From: Cyanobacteria bacterium P01_F01_bin.150
GTDB lineage: Bacteria > Cyanobacteriota > Cyanobacteriia > CAKZMO01
Reading direction: 5' to 3'
NCBI GenBank assembly: GCA_039189765.1
Contig: JBCCYL010000006.1
Span: 101,630 to 165,629, forward strand
DNA: 64,000 nt
Positions within the stretch are counted from its first letter, which is position 1; each line of letters opens with the position of its first letter. Shown here piece by piece: positions 46,559 through 58,095 of this stretch. The notes under the pieces are model-generated. The model was not told where the DNA came from. It saw only the letters and a list, made by a program, of their open reading frames with translations, and ran no database searches. The position numbers and the translations under genes are program-made.

Positions 46559-47679
46559 CCGCCAAATAATCCTCCAAGGAAACTACTGCCCTTTTCAGTG
46601 CGATCGCCACTGATTTTAGCTAGCTGTTCGAGCAGCTCTCGCTCTTCCGAAGACACCTTCGTTGGAATGGCAATATTAATCGTAATACGATGGTCGCCTC
46701 GGCTAACGGGATTGCCTAAACGAGGAACACCTCGGTTCTCTAATGTGAGGATTGTCTCTGGTTGGGTCCCTGGTGCAATGGTTACCTCTTGTTCGCCGTC
46801 TACAGTATTGACCTGAAGTTTGCATCCCAAAATAGCTTGGAGATAGCTAATGTTTAGCCCAGAGAGGATATTAATTCCGTCTCTCTGAAACTCTTTATCT
46901 TCTTGTACAAAGAGATAGACATACAAGTCTCCTGGAGGGCCACCCCGCTTACCCGCATCTCCTTCTTGAGACACTCGCAATCGAGTACCATTGTCAACAC
47001 CTGCTGGAATAGTAATTTTGAGTTTTTTAGATTCTTGTTTTTGACCGCTTCCTCCACAGGTATCGCACTTCTCCTCAATGACTTGCCCTACTCCATTACA
47101 GGTAGGGCATACCGATACTTGAGTAAAGCTACCGAAGGGAGTTCGAGTGGCTCTACGAACTTGTCCTGACCCATTACAGGTTGTGCAAGTTTTTGGCTGT
47201 GTACCCGGCTTAGCACCAGAAGAACCACAAGTTGCACAGGTCTCTAAATGACTGATTTTGATCTCTTTATCTCCGCCAAAAATAGCTTCTCGGAAATCTA
47301 ACTTCAGATCAAGGCGTAAATCATCCCCACGCACAGGACCACTCTTGCGCCGTCCTTGAGGACCAGCAGCGCTTCCTGAAAAACCGCTAAAGAAGCTTTC
47401 AAAAATATCAGCAAAGCCACCAAAGTCTCCGAAATCTTGGTAACCAGCACCACCTGCTCCACTAACACCTGCTTCTCCAAACCGATCATACCGAGCTCGA
47501 GTTTCAGGTTCGGACAATACTTCGTATGCCCGATTGATCTCTTTAAATTTTTCTTCTGCACCAGTCTCTTTGTTGACGTCTGGATGATATTTGCGGGCAA
47601 GACGACGATATGCGCGCTTTAATTCGTCCTTATCCGCACTTCGAGAAACACCTAGAATGTCGTAATAGTCACCAGCCAT
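46555..47679 (-). CDS. dnaJ: Molecular chaperone DnaJ (type I)
   Basis: J domain with HPD, G/F region, four CxxCxxxG zinc motifs. Confidence 0.97.
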   Translation of the reverse strand: MAGDYYDILGVSRSADKDELKRAYRRLARKYHPDVNKETGAEEKFKEINRAYEVLSEPETRARYDRFGEAGVSGAGGAGYQDFGDFGGFADIFESFFSGFSGSAAGPQGRRKSGPVRGDDLRLDLKLDFREAIFGGDKEIKISHLETCATCGSSGAKPGTQPKTCTTCNGSGQVRRATRTPFGSFTQVSVCPTCNGVGQVIEEKCDTCGGSGQKQESKKLKITIPAGVDNGTRLRVSQEGDAGKRGGPPGDLYVYLFVQEDKEFQRDGINILSGLNISYLQAILGCKLQVNTVDGEQEVTIAPGTQPETILTLENRGVPRLGNPVSRGDHRITINIAIPTKVSSEERELLEQLAKISGDRTEKGSSFLGGLFGG

Positions 47680-47769
47680 ATCAGAATTAATGGGATAGGG
47701 TTGAACGATCGCCGCCTAAACAGCGTAATACTCATACTAAACAATAACAATAATCGCTATCTGAACATA

Positions 47770-49713
47770 TTAGTCAATGTGTTCGTAATCAGCATGAATA
47801 GTCTCATCATTATCAAATCCTTCGGTAAAGTCCTCCTCTGACAAGGCAGATTCAGCAATGTTGTCCATTCGAGGTGGTGGTGGCGGTGGTGGCGTTTTGC
47901 TGCTGGACTGCCCATAGATGTAGCGACCAATATTTAAAATTTGTTCTTGTAAACTGTCCATCTTCATCTTCATTTCCGATGGAGGGGTTGCTCGACTATC
48001 CATTGTTTCTCGTACGGCTGCAAAGGCTTCTCGCGCATTATCCTTCAGAGAATCAGGTAGCCCTTCTGCATTATCACGCATGACCTCTTCATACTTGCGT
48101 AACAAACCTTCTGCCTGATTTTTTAAGATAATGAGCTGTTTTCGATTATCGTCCTCTTCTCGATAGGTATCTGCCTCTTGGCGCATCCGTTCAATTTCAG
48201 CTTCCGATAGCCCGCCGGTATTAGTAATTCTAATTGTTTGCTCTCGTCCAGTCCCTTGATCTCTTGCTCCAACTTGCAGAATTCCGTTGGCATCAATCTC
48301 AAAAGAAACTTCGATTTGAGGTACACCTCTTGGAGCCGGTGGAATACCCGTTAATTGGAATTTACCGAGGCTTTTATTGTCTTTTGCCATTGCCCTTTCA
48401 CCTTGTAGAACATGTATTTCTACAGAGGTTTGACCATCCGTGGCGGTTGAAAAAGTCTGAGTTTTGCTAGTGGGAATAGTCGTGTTACGTTCAATGATCT
48501 TGGTAAATACTTCTCCAAGTGTTTCGATGCCCAGGGATAATGGCGTGACGTCTAACAGAAGTAAATCTTTTACTTCTCCTCCTAGAACCCCTCCTTGAAT
48601 TGCAGCTCCCAAAGCAACCGCTTCATCTGGATTAACAGACTTGTCAGGCGTTTTGCCTGAAAAATGATCCGTAATAGCTTGTTGAACAGCTGGAATTCGA
48701 GTGGATCCCCCAACTAATAAAATGCGGTTAATATCAGAGACGTCTAGCTCACTGTCTTTGAGTGCCTGTGCAACCGGCTTAATGGTTCCTTGAATTAAGT
48801 GACCAGCGAGTTCCTCAAATTTAGCCCTTGTTAGCTCCATTTCTAGATGCTTTGGACCCGTCTCGTCTGCTGTAATGAACGGTAAATTAATAGAAGTTGT
48901 CAACATACTGGACAACTCAATCTTTGCCTTCTCCGCTGCCTCTCTCAGACGTTGTAGAGCCATTTTATCAGCTGAGAGATCAATCCCTTCTTGCTCTCGA
49001 AAGCTATTGATCATCCAGATAACTAGGACATTGTCAAAATCATCTCCTCCCAAATGATTATTGCCAGAGGTTGCCTTAACTTCAAAGACTCCGTCGCCAA
49101 GCTGTAAAACCGAAACGTCAAATGTACCTCCACCTAAGTCAAAGACTAGGACGGTTTGGTCTTGATCCTGCTTATCCAATCCATAGGATAGAGCTGCTGC
49201 TGTCGGCTCGTTAATGATTCTTAACACTTCCAGCCCTGCGATTGTACCTGCATCTTTAGTTGCTTGTCTCTGCGCATCTGTAAAGTAGGCTGGCACAGTA
49301 ATAACGGCTTGGGCTACTTTTTCGCCCAAATAGCTTTCTGCATCTTCTTTAAGCTTTTGTAGAATCATGGATGAGATTTCTTGAGGCGTATATGACTGCC
49401 CTCTAATAGAGACATCGACCGTGCTGTCTTTCCCTTGAACACATTTATAGGGAACACGACTGCGCTCGGTCTGCGTATCATCCCATCGGCGACCGATAAA
49501 GCGCTTGATACTAAAGACGGTATTTTCAGCATTAGTTACTGCTTGACGCTTAGCGAGTTGTCCAACTAAGCGCTCATTTGACTTGCCAAATCCTACGATG
49601 CTGGGAGTTGTACGACCACCCTCAGAATTTGGAATAACTATAGGCTGACCTCCTTCCAAAACAGAAACGCAACTGTTGGTTGTCCCTAGGTCAATTCCAA
49701 TGACTTTTCCCAT
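47770..49713 (-). CDS. dnaK: Molecular chaperone DnaK (grpE-linked paralog)
   Basis: [43 protein letters not shown]. Confidence 0.97.
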   Translation of the reverse strand: MGKVIGIDLGTTNSCVSVLEGGQPIVIPNSEGGRTTPSIVGFGKSNERLVGQLAKRQAVTNAENTVFSIKRFIGRRWDDTQTERSRVPYKCVQGKDSTVDVSIRGQSYTPQEISSMILQKLKEDAESYLGEKVAQAVITVPAYFTDAQRQATKDAGTIAGLEVLRIINEPTAAALSYGLDKQDQDQTVLVFDLGGGTFDVSVLQLGDGVFEVKATSGNNHLGGDDFDNVLVIWMINSFREQEGIDLSADKMALQRLREAAEKAKIELSSMLTTSINLPFITADETGPKHLEMELTRAKFEELAGHLIQGTIKPVAQALKDSELDVSDINRILLVGGSTRIPAVQQAITDHFSGKTPDKSVNPDEAVALGAAIQGGVLGGEVKDLLLLDVTPLSLGIETLGEVFTKIIERNTTIPTSKTQTFSTATDGQTSVEIHVLQGERAMAKDNKSLGKFQLTGIPPAPRGVPQIEVSFEIDANGILQVGARDQGTGREQTIRITNTGGLSEAEIERMRQEADTYREEDDNRKQLIILKNQAEGLLRKYEEVMRDNAEGLPDSLKDNAREAFAAVRETMDSRATPPSEMKMKMDSLQEQILNIGRYIYGQSSSKTPPPPPPPRMDNIAESALSEEDFTEGFDNDETIHADYEHID

Positions 49714-50025
49714 GATTAGCGTCTGTGGATGTGTCCAAGTTTCAAAACAAAAATGAAGTGGGTCAATTTAGAGTCGACATTTAGCTTTCGATACATCTGA
49801 TATTTGAACAGAGGCTCTTCTGCTTTGATGACTGCAATGACAATAAATATATCCGCTCTTTAGCAGAGTAACCCGTTGATTAAAATAAAATCTACTTAGT
49901 CATAACATACATGCTAGTGATCTACTAATCTGCGAAAATAGCCGATAATTTCAAGGAAAAGGCGTTTATCAAACTTTTGAACCTACTGTTGTGACGAGTC
50001 ACTGCGAAGTGAAAAATATCCTTCC

Positions 50026-50757
50026 TTATTCTTGATTTTCTTCACCATCATCAGCGGGTGCAGGGTCTCCATCCATTGCTGCTGCGACCTTAACCATTGC
50101 ATGTCTGAGAACGCGCTCGTTCAACATGTATCCGCGCATTAAGTCTTCAATAACCACGCCATCATCGTATTCAGTTGTTGGCTCTCTCATCACGGCTTCG
50201 TGTAAGTTGGGATCAAACACTTCACCTTCAGACCGCATTGGGGAGACGCCCATACGCTTTAGACAATCAACTAGCTGCTTGTAGACTCCCTGATAACTTT
50301 TATGAATATTCATTTCTGCGTCGGTTTGGGGCTTAATTTGTGCCCGTGCTCTTTCAAAGTTATCAATGACGGGCAGCAGTTCAGTGATGGTATTGCACTT
50401 AACTTGATCTTCCAGATCAGACTTTTCCTTTTGCGTACGACGCCTGAAATTTTCAAAATCAGCAGCAATCCTCTTATATTGAGCCTCACGTTCATCTAGT
50501 GTGGCCAGCGCAGTGGCCAACTGTTGCTCTAAGTGGCGCATCTGATCCGTGCCATCTTCCCCCGGCGCAGCTTCAGGTTCCGATAAAATATCGGCTTCAC
50601 CAAATGTTTCTTGGCTCTCCGCTTCTTCGTCTACTTGATCTGCCGAAACTTCAGGCTCGCTTTCAACCGAATCTACAGCTTCTTCGGTATCAATCGCTTC
50701 CACGTTTTCTTCGGTAGTTGCTTCAGTGACAGCAGTCTCTTTTTTCTCGTCCATCAT
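50026..50757 (-). CDS. grpE: Nucleotide exchange factor GrpE
   Basis: [31 protein letters not shown]...[10 protein letters not shown]. Confidence 0.97.
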   Translation of the reverse strand: MMDEKKETAVTEATTEENVEAIDTEEAVDSVESEPEVSADQVDEEAESQETFGEADILSEPEAAPGEDGTDQMRHLEQQLATALATLDEREAQYKRIAADFENFRRRTQKEKSDLEDQVKCNTITELLPVIDNFERARAQIKPQTDAEMNIHKSYQGVYKQLVDCLKRMGVSPMRSEGEVFDPNLHEAVMREPTTEYDDGVVIEDLMRGYMLNERVLRHAMVKVAAAMDGDPAPADDGEENQE

Positions 50758-51637
50758 AACGTCCTTTTTTCAACCCCAATACTGAAAGGCCTGTCCATAC
50801 CTACCCTTAATCAAGCTCCTGATCAAATGAGGCAGTAAGATGTCAAATTTCTGTGGCTACAATCTTTCATGGATAGCCTTACAGATAAGGCAGATTAGAA
50901 CATCGCCTTGCCTATAAGACTTGAAATCTAACTGCCATCTATTTTGACTGCCGTAAATTTAAGGCACTCAGACAAATAACCTACTACAACTTACCCAAAC
51001 TATAAAATAGTGTTGAAGTACATCTGGAGAAGTACTTATGTTAGTCAGCTTGTTGTTTATTGTCTAAACGGCTTAGTGCCTTGTTTAATGTGAAATATCT
51101 GGACACTTTAAACATTAAGATATTTTACTACATACGCGAGCATGATTAACTCCGCTCGTTGTCTCTCGTAGTTTATGAGGGTTGAGTGGTGATAGGTAAT
51201 GATTGTTTTGCAGTGAATGGAGCTGAACACTTGAGTTCCGTAATGCGAGTTAGTTTATATTCGAGAATGTCATGCAGCGTTTGTGATAGTACTCAAGAAC
51301 TAATTTCTTTGCTGATGAACATTTTGGGTTTGCAAAAAATATATTGCCGTCATAGGCATAGGAGGTTATGTTCTTGAGGTCAGGAACCTCAACTTTTGGT
51401 AAATAGTTTAAGTGTTCTTGCTCATGCTATTTAAGTTAAGTTCTGTTTTGCCTTAAAACATAGCCCATCATAATCCATGCAAACATTGGTAAAAATTTCC
51501 GTTTTTTGAAAACCAGTTTGGGGCAATTAGCTAACAGGGCTATAGGCAGTTCACAAGATTATGCAGGCGATACAAGGACATATTTTCAGCTTATTTGGGA
51601 ACAATACAGATTACATCAAGGATCTAAGACACAAGAT

Positions 51638-53644
51638 ATGGCCAACTCATCCTCACCACGACGTGCCCTAGTTGTACAAAATAATTTTTCTCCCTTTGGC
51701 AATACTCTAGTTAAATCTGGCTATGTCAATTCTGATGAGATGAGACAAGCACTGGTTGAGAGTCGAAAAAGTGGGCGATCGCTCACTGATGTGTTGGCGG
51801 ATATGACAGGGAAAAGTCTGCCTCCTGATTTAATACGTCAGTATAAAAAGCAGCAGCTCTTTGAACTTAAGATCCTGTACGGTGTTGAATCTCTTGACCC
51901 TGAGCTTGATGATATCCCTACTAGCCAAGTTAGTCAGCTCATTGAAGAACTCATTCCCCTGGATGTATGTCGCCGTTATCAACTGATTCCCCTGACTAAA
52001 AATGAGGGAGATCCTGCCTCTGTGCTCGTGGCAATGGTTGATCCGGATGATTTATCTGCACAAGATGATCTGAACCGAATTTTAAGACCGTTGAAAATCA
52101 TCCTCAAGCGAATGGTCATTGCCCCTGATGATTATCAACGGATTATTGCCCACTATTTAGATGAGGTGGCGGCGAAGGAAGAAGCTGAAAAACGAGCTTC
52201 TCAGGTCGATGTTAGTGCAGATATAGAAGGTTTTGATTATCTTGAGTTAGAAGAGGTTGATGAAGCTGAAGCTGATTTGGGAGCTGCGTTGCAAGATGCA
52301 GAAGCTGCACCTGTTATTGCTTTAGTGAATAAAATTTTGGTGAAGGCCCTTCAGGAAGGGGTGTCGGATATTCACGTGGAGCCTCAAGAAGAATCTCTCC
52401 GCATTCGCTTTCGCAAGGATGGTGTTTTGCAAGAGGTATTTGGAGAACAGCCTCTACCTAAAAAAATCATCCCAGCCGTTACTTCTCGGTTTAAGATTAT
52501 CGCAAACTTAGATATTGCTGAGCGTCGTTTGCCTCAGGATGGTCGGATTCGTCGTGTTTTTGACGGTCGTAAAGTGGATTTCCGCGTTAGTACTTTACCG
52601 AGTCGCTATGGGGAAAAAGTCGTTCTTCGAATTTTGGATAACTCTGCCACAGAGCTAGGGCTAAGTAATTTAATTACTGACTTGGATACTCTTGATATAG
52701 TACGAGATATGGTAATGAGGCCGTTTGGACTCATTTTGGTAACAGGACCAACTGGGTCTGGTAAAACCACAACGCTTTATTCGGCTCTTAAAGAACGAAA
52801 TCATCCTGGTGTTAATATCAGTACCGCAGAAGATCCAATTGAGTATACGTTGCCTGGTTTGACCCAAGTGCAGGTGATCCGAGAGAAAGGGATGGATTTT
52901 GCTTCAATTCTTAGGGCTTTTCTGCGTCAAGATCCTGATGTCATTCTGGTGGGTGAGACTCGAGATAAGGAGACCGCTAAAACCGCTATTGAAGCTGCAC
53001 TGACAGGACACCTCGTTTTGACCACTCTCCATACGAATGATGCCGCTAGTGCGATCGCCCGTTTAGAAGAAATGGGGGTAGAGTCTTTTATGGTCTCTAG
53101 TTCTTTATTGGGTGTATTAGCTCAACGACTAATGCGGCGTGTGTGTAGTGACTGCCGAGACCCCTATGAACCGAGTCAAGAAGAATTAGCAAGATTTGGT
53201 TTATCATCTTCTGGTGAAAATGAACACACCTTCTACCGAGCACGTACTCTCTCTCCCGAACAAATTATTGAGGCCCGTGCCAACGGGCAACTGTGTCCAA
53301 CATGTAGCGGTGGTGGGTATAAAGGTCGCTGTGGCGTGTATGAAGTGATGCGGGTGACCGAAACCTTACAAACTCTTATTACGGAAGGGGCACCCACTGA
53401 ACGCATCAAGGAAGTTGCGGTTGAAGAAGGAATGCAGACCTTGCTAGCTTATAGTCTTAATCTTGTTCGAGAAGGGCTAACTACGCTAGAAGAGGTTGAA
53501 CGCGTTACATTTACCGACACAGGTCTAGAAGCGGAATTAAAAGCAAAACGAAAAACATCTCTCACTTGTCAAACGTGTGGGGCGGAGTTGAAGCCAGAAT
53601 GGCTAGATTGCCCATATTGTACTGCTCCACGATTCCAAGAATAA
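51638..53644 (+). CDS. pilB: Type IV pilus assembly ATPase with C-terminal Cys4 motif
   Basis: SDIHVEP, GPTGSGKTT, FLRQDPDVILVGETRD, LHTND; C-terminal CQTC..CPYC typical of cyanobacterial PilB1; ATG 51638. Confidence 0.95.
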   Translation: MANSSSPRRALVVQNNFSPFGNTLVKSGYVNSDEMRQALVESRKSGRSLTDVLADMTGKSLPPDLIRQYKKQQLFELKILYGVESLDPELDDIPTSQVSQLIEELIPLDVCRRYQLIPLTKNEGDPASVLVAMVDPDDLSAQDDLNRILRPLKIILKRMVIAPDDYQRIIAHYLDEVAAKEEAEKRASQVDVSADIEGFDYLELEEVDEAEADLGAALQDAEAAPVIALVNKILVKALQEGVSDIHVEPQEESLRIRFRKDGVLQEVFGEQPLPKKIIPAVTSRFKIIANLDIAERRLPQDGRIRRVFDGRKVDFRVSTLPSRYGEKVVLRILDNSATELGLSNLITDLDTLDIVRDMVMRPFGLILVTGPTGSGKTTTLYSALKERNHPGVNISTAEDPIEYTLPGLTQVQVIREKGMDFASILRAFLRQDPDVILVGETRDKETAKTAIEAALTGHLVLTTLHTNDAASAIARLEEMGVESFMVSSSLLGVLAQRLMRRVCSDCRDPYEPSQEELARFGLSSSGENEHTFYRARTLSPEQIIEARANGQLCPTCSGGGYKGRCGVYEVMRVTETLQTLITEGAPTERIKEVAVEEGMQTLLAYSLNLVREGLTTLEEVERVTFTDTGLEAELKAKRKTSLTCQTCGAELKPEWLDCPYCTAPRFQE

Positions 53645-53731
53645 GCCTGCAACTTTTCGCACATCTTAAACTGATTTCAAACTGACCATCGATTCTGCAA
53701 ACAGACACCGTAAAAAGAGGGGGAAAATACC

Positions 53732-54850
53732 ATGATGGACATGATGATCGAAGATTTGATGGAACAAATGATTGAAATGGGTGGCTCCGATATGCATCTT
53801 ACGGCTGGCCTGCCTCCTTATTTCCGAATCAGTGGCCATTTAACTCCTATTGGTGATGAGCCTATGACAGCAGAGCAGTGCCAACGCCTCATCTTTAGTA
53901 TGTTGAACAATTCCCAACGGAAGATGCTGGAGCAGAATTGGGAATTGGATTGTTCCTATGGTGTAAAAGGGCTTGCCCGTTTTCGAGTCAATGTTTATAA
54001 AGATCGAGGCACATATGCGGCTTGTTTGAGAGCTTTAAGTTCTAAGATTCCTAATTTTGATGTATTGGGTTTGCCAGATATTGTACGGGAAATGTCCGAA
54101 AAGCCTAGAGGTATGATTCTAGTGACTGGCCCTACCGGTTCTGGCAAGACAACGACCTTGGCTGCCATGATTGATTTAATCAATCGAACTCGTGCAGAAC
54201 ACATCCTTACGGTAGAAGATCCGATTGAATTTGTCTATGAACCCATTAAAAGCTTAGTGCATCAGCGACAACTCGGAGAAGACACAAAGAGTTTTGCCAA
54301 TGCTCTAAAAGGAGCATTGAGGGAAGATCCAGATATTATCTTAGTGGGAGAGATGCGAGATTTGGAGACAATTTCCCTCGCAATTTCAGCTGCTGAAACA
54401 GGTCACCTTGTTTTTGGGACTCTACACACTAGCTCTGCCTCTCAAACAGTCGATCGAATGATCGACGTATTTCCGGGTGAACGTCAGACGCAGGTTCGGG
54501 TTCAATTATCCAATTCCTTAGTTGCAGTATTTAGTCAAACCCTCGTTGCTAAGCAAAACCCCAAACCAGGAGAATTTGGGCGATGCATGGCCCAAGAAAT
54601 CATGATAGTGACTCCTGCGATTGCGAATATGATTCGGGAAGGCAAAACCTCTCAGGTTTACTCCGCTATTCAAACCGGTGCAAAGTTAGGTATGCAAACG
54701 TTAGAATCTGCCCTAGCTAATTTATATAAAGCAGGTCAAATCTCGTTTGATGCTGCTATGTCAAAAACATCAAAACCTGATGAACTACAAAGACTGATGG
54801 GAGGGGCTCCTCAAAAATCAGCACGACCAGCTGCAGGCAGAAAACGTTAG
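53732..54850 (+). CDS. pilT: Type IV pilus retraction ATPase
   Basis: GPTGSGKTT, LREDPDIILVGEMRD, AAETGHLVFGTLHT, AIANMIRE. Confidence 0.96.
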   Translation: MMDMMIEDLMEQMIEMGGSDMHLTAGLPPYFRISGHLTPIGDEPMTAEQCQRLIFSMLNNSQRKMLEQNWELDCSYGVKGLARFRVNVYKDRGTYAACLRALSSKIPNFDVLGLPDIVREMSEKPRGMILVTGPTGSGKTTTLAAMIDLINRTRAEHILTVEDPIEFVYEPIKSLVHQRQLGEDTKSFANALKGALREDPDIILVGEMRDLETISLAISAAETGHLVFGTLHTSSASQTVDRMIDVFPGERQTQVRVQLSNSLVAVFSQTLVAKQNPKPGEFGRCMAQEIMIVTPAIANMIREGKTSQVYSAIQTGAKLGMQTLESALANLYKAGQISFDAAMSKTSKPDELQRLMGGAPQKSARPAAGRKR

Positions 54851-55068
54851 ATTAGAGTGAAGGGGCAGCCATGTTTTCTGTAATAAAAAACATGCAGCGT
54901 TTTGTTTCTCCTTATGTATTGTTGTCTAAATGTGGATTGATTTGAGGTGTGTTTAGGGAGAAGCAGTGCCAGATGTAGTGTAAATGCCAAATGCGTACAC
55001 TATTCATTCAAAGATTTGATACCAACTGGTTGGAGTGGATTAGTCGTTGAAAGTAGGTAATTGAGATC

Positions 55069-56298
55069 ATGCCCACATATGTTGCTAAGGCTAGGGATTC
55101 CCAAGGAAAACAGACTAAAAAGAAAGTAACGGCCAATTCTGCATCGGAGGCTCGTAGTGCTTTAAGAGAGCAAGGATTATTTGTACAGGATTTAAAAGAA
55201 GCTCAAGGGTTTGATCCCAATAATATTCAGCTTGATTTTATTTCTGATGCAATGACCTCAGTAACGGTCAAAGATAAAGCCGTTTTTTCAAGGCAGTTTG
55301 CAGTACTTGTGAATGCAGGTGTTGCAATGGTGAGGAGTTTAGGCGTGCTTTCAGAGCAATGTCCTAACCCCAAAATGAAAAAGGCATTGACCGAAATTAG
55401 TTCTGACGTACAGCAGGGTACAAATTTGTCGGAATCTATGGGTAAGCATCCTGAATGCTTTGACGATCTTTATGTGGCGATGGTGCAAGCGGGTGAAATT
55501 GGTGGGGTTCTAGATGAGGTAATGAATCGATTGTCCAAGCTGCTTGAGGACATGGCTCGCTTGAACAACCAAATCAAATCTGCCATGACCTATCCTGTGG
55601 CTGTGGGTGTTATCGCAACGGCTGTGTTTATTGGTATGACGGTTTTTCTATTGCCAACTTTCGCCGATATTTTTGATGAGTTGGGTGCAGAACTGCCGGT
55701 ATTTACTCAGATAATGATGAACATAAGCGTATTTCTGCGTACGCCTCAGTACGTTTTAGGACTAATAGTGGTCATCATTGCCCTGGTGTTTGCCTATCGC
55801 CGTTACTATGCCACTCCTGTTGGTAGGGTCACAATGGATGGCTTTTTCCTAAAAATGCCTCTGTTTGGTGATTTGATTGAGAAAACTGCTGTGGCACGTT
55901 TCTGCCGTACTTTTGGCTCTCTTTCTCGATCAGGGGTTCCTATTTTGACCGCGATGGAAATTGTTCGAGATACTGCGGGTAATCAAGTGATTGCTAATGC
56001 GGTCGATGAGGCTCGTAAGGAAATTCAGACGGGGGGAATGATTAGCATTGCTTTGCAGCGAGAGAATGTTTTTCCAGTGATGGCGATCCAAATGATTAGC
56101 ATTGGAGAGGAAACTGGGGAAATTGATACGATGCTGATGAAAATCGCAGATTTTTATGAAGATGAGGTTGAACAAGCGGTAAAAGCTTTGACATCAATTA
56201 TGGAACCCATCATGATTGTTGTACTGGGGGGGATGGTTGGTTCGATTCTTGTTGCTATGTACTTACCAATGTTTAAGGTGATGGAAGCTTTTGGTTAG
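55069..56298 (+). CDS. pilC: Type IV pilus inner membrane platform protein
   Basis: FSRQFAVLVNAGV, AGEIGGVLD, IGEETG, AMYLPMF. Confidence 0.95.
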   Translation: MPTYVAKARDSQGKQTKKKVTANSASEARSALREQGLFVQDLKEAQGFDPNNIQLDFISDAMTSVTVKDKAVFSRQFAVLVNAGVAMVRSLGVLSEQCPNPKMKKALTEISSDVQQGTNLSESMGKHPECFDDLYVAMVQAGEIGGVLDEVMNRLSKLLEDMARLNNQIKSAMTYPVAVGVIATAVFIGMTVFLLPTFADIFDELGAELPVFTQIMMNISVFLRTPQYVLGLIVVIIALVFAYRRYYATPVGRVTMDGFFLKMPLFGDLIEKTAVARFCRTFGSLSRSGVPILTAMEIVRDTAGNQVIANAVDEARKEIQTGGMISIALQRENVFPVMAIQMISIGEETGEIDTMLMKIADFYEDEVEQAVKALTSIMEPIMIVVLGGMVGSILVAMYLPMFKVMEAFG

Positions 56299-56444
56299 GT
56301 TCTCGGGAAGTAGCGAGGGATAACCACAATCCAAAGTTCGGTTCTGCTCACTTTCCTCCGTCCATGATTCTTCGTTACATTTAAGCTAGTTTGATAGATG
56401 ACGCTCTAAAGAACACCTTGTTCAAACACACAGAGGATTTCATT

Positions 56445-56783
56445 ATGAATGAGAATTTCAAGTCTACTCCAGATTTTTTTGCTGAGACCGCTGAAGATGA
56501 TTCACTCTGGCAATATGTCAAGCAAATGAGTCCTGAGACCGTGTCCCGGTTGTCTAAGCCGATGTCTTCCGAGGTGTTCCAGGTGATGGAGCGAAATATC
56601 ATTGGAATGTTGGGGCAGCTACCTCCAGATCAGTTTAATTTTAATATCTCTACAAGTCGTGAAAATTTAGGTCAGCTCTTAGCTTCTGCCATGATGAGTG
56701 GATATTTTTTGCGCAATGCTGAACAAAGAATGCAATTTGATAAATCTTTGTCGATGGATGATAGTCTACCCAATGTAGAGTAG
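56445..56783 (+). CDS. DUF760 family protein
   Basis: LWQYV..MSPE...LS.P.S.EV...MERNI.GMLG.LP...F...I.TSRENLG.LLASAMMSGYFLRNAEQR. Confidence 0.85.
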   Translation: MNENFKSTPDFFAETAEDDSLWQYVKQMSPETVSRLSKPMSSEVFQVMERNIIGMLGQLPPDQFNFNISTSRENLGQLLASAMMSGYFLRNAEQRMQFDKSLSMDDSLPNVE

Positions 56784-56802
56784 TGATTCTGCAAATTGGG
56801 CT

Positions 56803-58044
56803 GTGGGATTAAATCAAGCACTTCAACCTTCTGATCGTAGTTCTTTCTCAGCTTTAGATCGTCCAAAATTTTATCGCATGGGAGCGGCCGAGTTATCGAT
56901 GACTGGGCCACTCCTTTTATCTAACTTAGGGGCTAATGATTTTGAGACTTATGAGCTAGAAGATGGGAGGCAAAGACGTTTGCCAACGGCATGGCTACGC
57001 CAAACCCTTTTGGATTGGTATGATTCTGTTGGCCGCGATCTGCCCTGGCGCAATATTCAAGATCCCTATGCGGTATGGATCTCTGAAATTATGCTTCAGC
57101 AGACCCAGGTTAAAACAGTCATTCCTTACTATCAACGGTGGTTGGAGAAATTTCCTACAGTTCAAGAATTAGCAAAGGCTGAGCAGCAAACGGTCTTGAA
57201 ATATTGGCAAGGTTTAGGATACTACGCTCGGGCTCGAAATATTCATAAGGCTGCTAATATTGTTGCCAATGATTACGGCGGCGCTTTTCCCAGCGACCTA
57301 GCAGAGGTTCTGGATTTGCCGGGGATTGGCCGGACGACTGCTGGGGGAATTTTAAGTTCAGCGTTTAACCAGCCTGTGTCGATTCTGGATGGTAATGTCA
57401 AGCGGGTTTTGGTTCGTTTGGTTGCATTGCAGGTGATACCTAAAAGGCATTTAAAGACTCTGTGGTCGGTTTCAGATAGATTACTGGATCCTGATTATCC
57501 TCGCGATTTTAATCAGGCCATTATGGATTTGGGAGCGACTGTTTGTTTGCCGCGCAACCCAAACTGTGATGCTTGCCCTTGGTCGGAGCATTGTTTAGCC
57601 TATAGATTGAATTTGCAGGCAGAATTACCTATGACAGAAAAACGCACACCCATTCCTCACAAAAAGATAGGCGTTGCCGTAATTAAGAATGATAAAGGCG
57701 AGATCCTAATTGATCGGCGACGCCCCGAAGGTTTATTAGGGGGGATGTGGGAATTTCCAGGGGGTAAGGTAGAGCCTGGAGAATCGATTGAAGCTTGCAT
57801 TGAGCGGGAAATCCAGGAGGAGCTGGCGATCGCCATTCATGTTGGGCCCCATTTAATAACAGTTGACCATGCCTACAGTCATTTTCGAGTAACTCTAAAT
57901 GTTCACTGGTGTGATTACGTTTCGGGAGAACCTCAGCCGCTAGAGTGTGATGAAATTCGATGGGTTAAGCCAGCAGAACTAAATGACTATCCATTCCCTA
58001 AAGCAAACGAACATATTATCAACGCTATCTTGAGCCAGAATTAA
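56803..58044 (+). CDS. mutY: A/G-specific adenine glycosylase with C-terminal NUDIX domain
   Basis: RDLPWR, SEIMLQQTQV, GLGYYARARN, LPGIG, LDGNV, 4Fe-4S Cys cluster, GGKVEPGE..REIQEE; real start probably downstream. Confidence 0.95.
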   Translation: MGLNQALQPSDRSSFSALDRPKFYRMGAAELSMTGPLLLSNLGANDFETYELEDGRQRRLPTAWLRQTLLDWYDSVGRDLPWRNIQDPYAVWISEIMLQQTQVKTVIPYYQRWLEKFPTVQELAKAEQQTVLKYWQGLGYYARARNIHKAANIVANDYGGAFPSDLAEVLDLPGIGRTTAGGILSSAFNQPVSILDGNVKRVLVRLVALQVIPKRHLKTLWSVSDRLLDPDYPRDFNQAIMDLGATVCLPRNPNCDACPWSEHCLAYRLNLQAELPMTEKRTPIPHKKIGVAVIKNDKGEILIDRRRPEGLLGGMWEFPGGKVEPGESIEACIEREIQEELAIAIHVGPHLITVDHAYSHFRVTLNVHWCDYVSGEPQPLECDEIRWVKPAELNDYPFPKANEHIINAILSQN

Positions 58045-58048
58045 CATA

Positions 58049-58082
58049 TCGGTGCGTTACGGCGATAGCCGCAACGCACCGA
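58049..58082. repeat. Palindromic hairpin between convergent mutY and phosphomutase genes (REP-like or terminator)
   Basis: TCGGTGCGTTACGGC-GATA-GCCGCAACGCACCGA. Confidence 0.6.
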
Positions 58083-58095
58083 CGCAAGAGATCTC

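Noticed and set aside
50758..51637. Long grpE/pilB divergent intergenic region and ORF 51186-51377
   Set aside because: Consistent with divergent promoters; no recognisable CIRCE, ncRNA or coding signal
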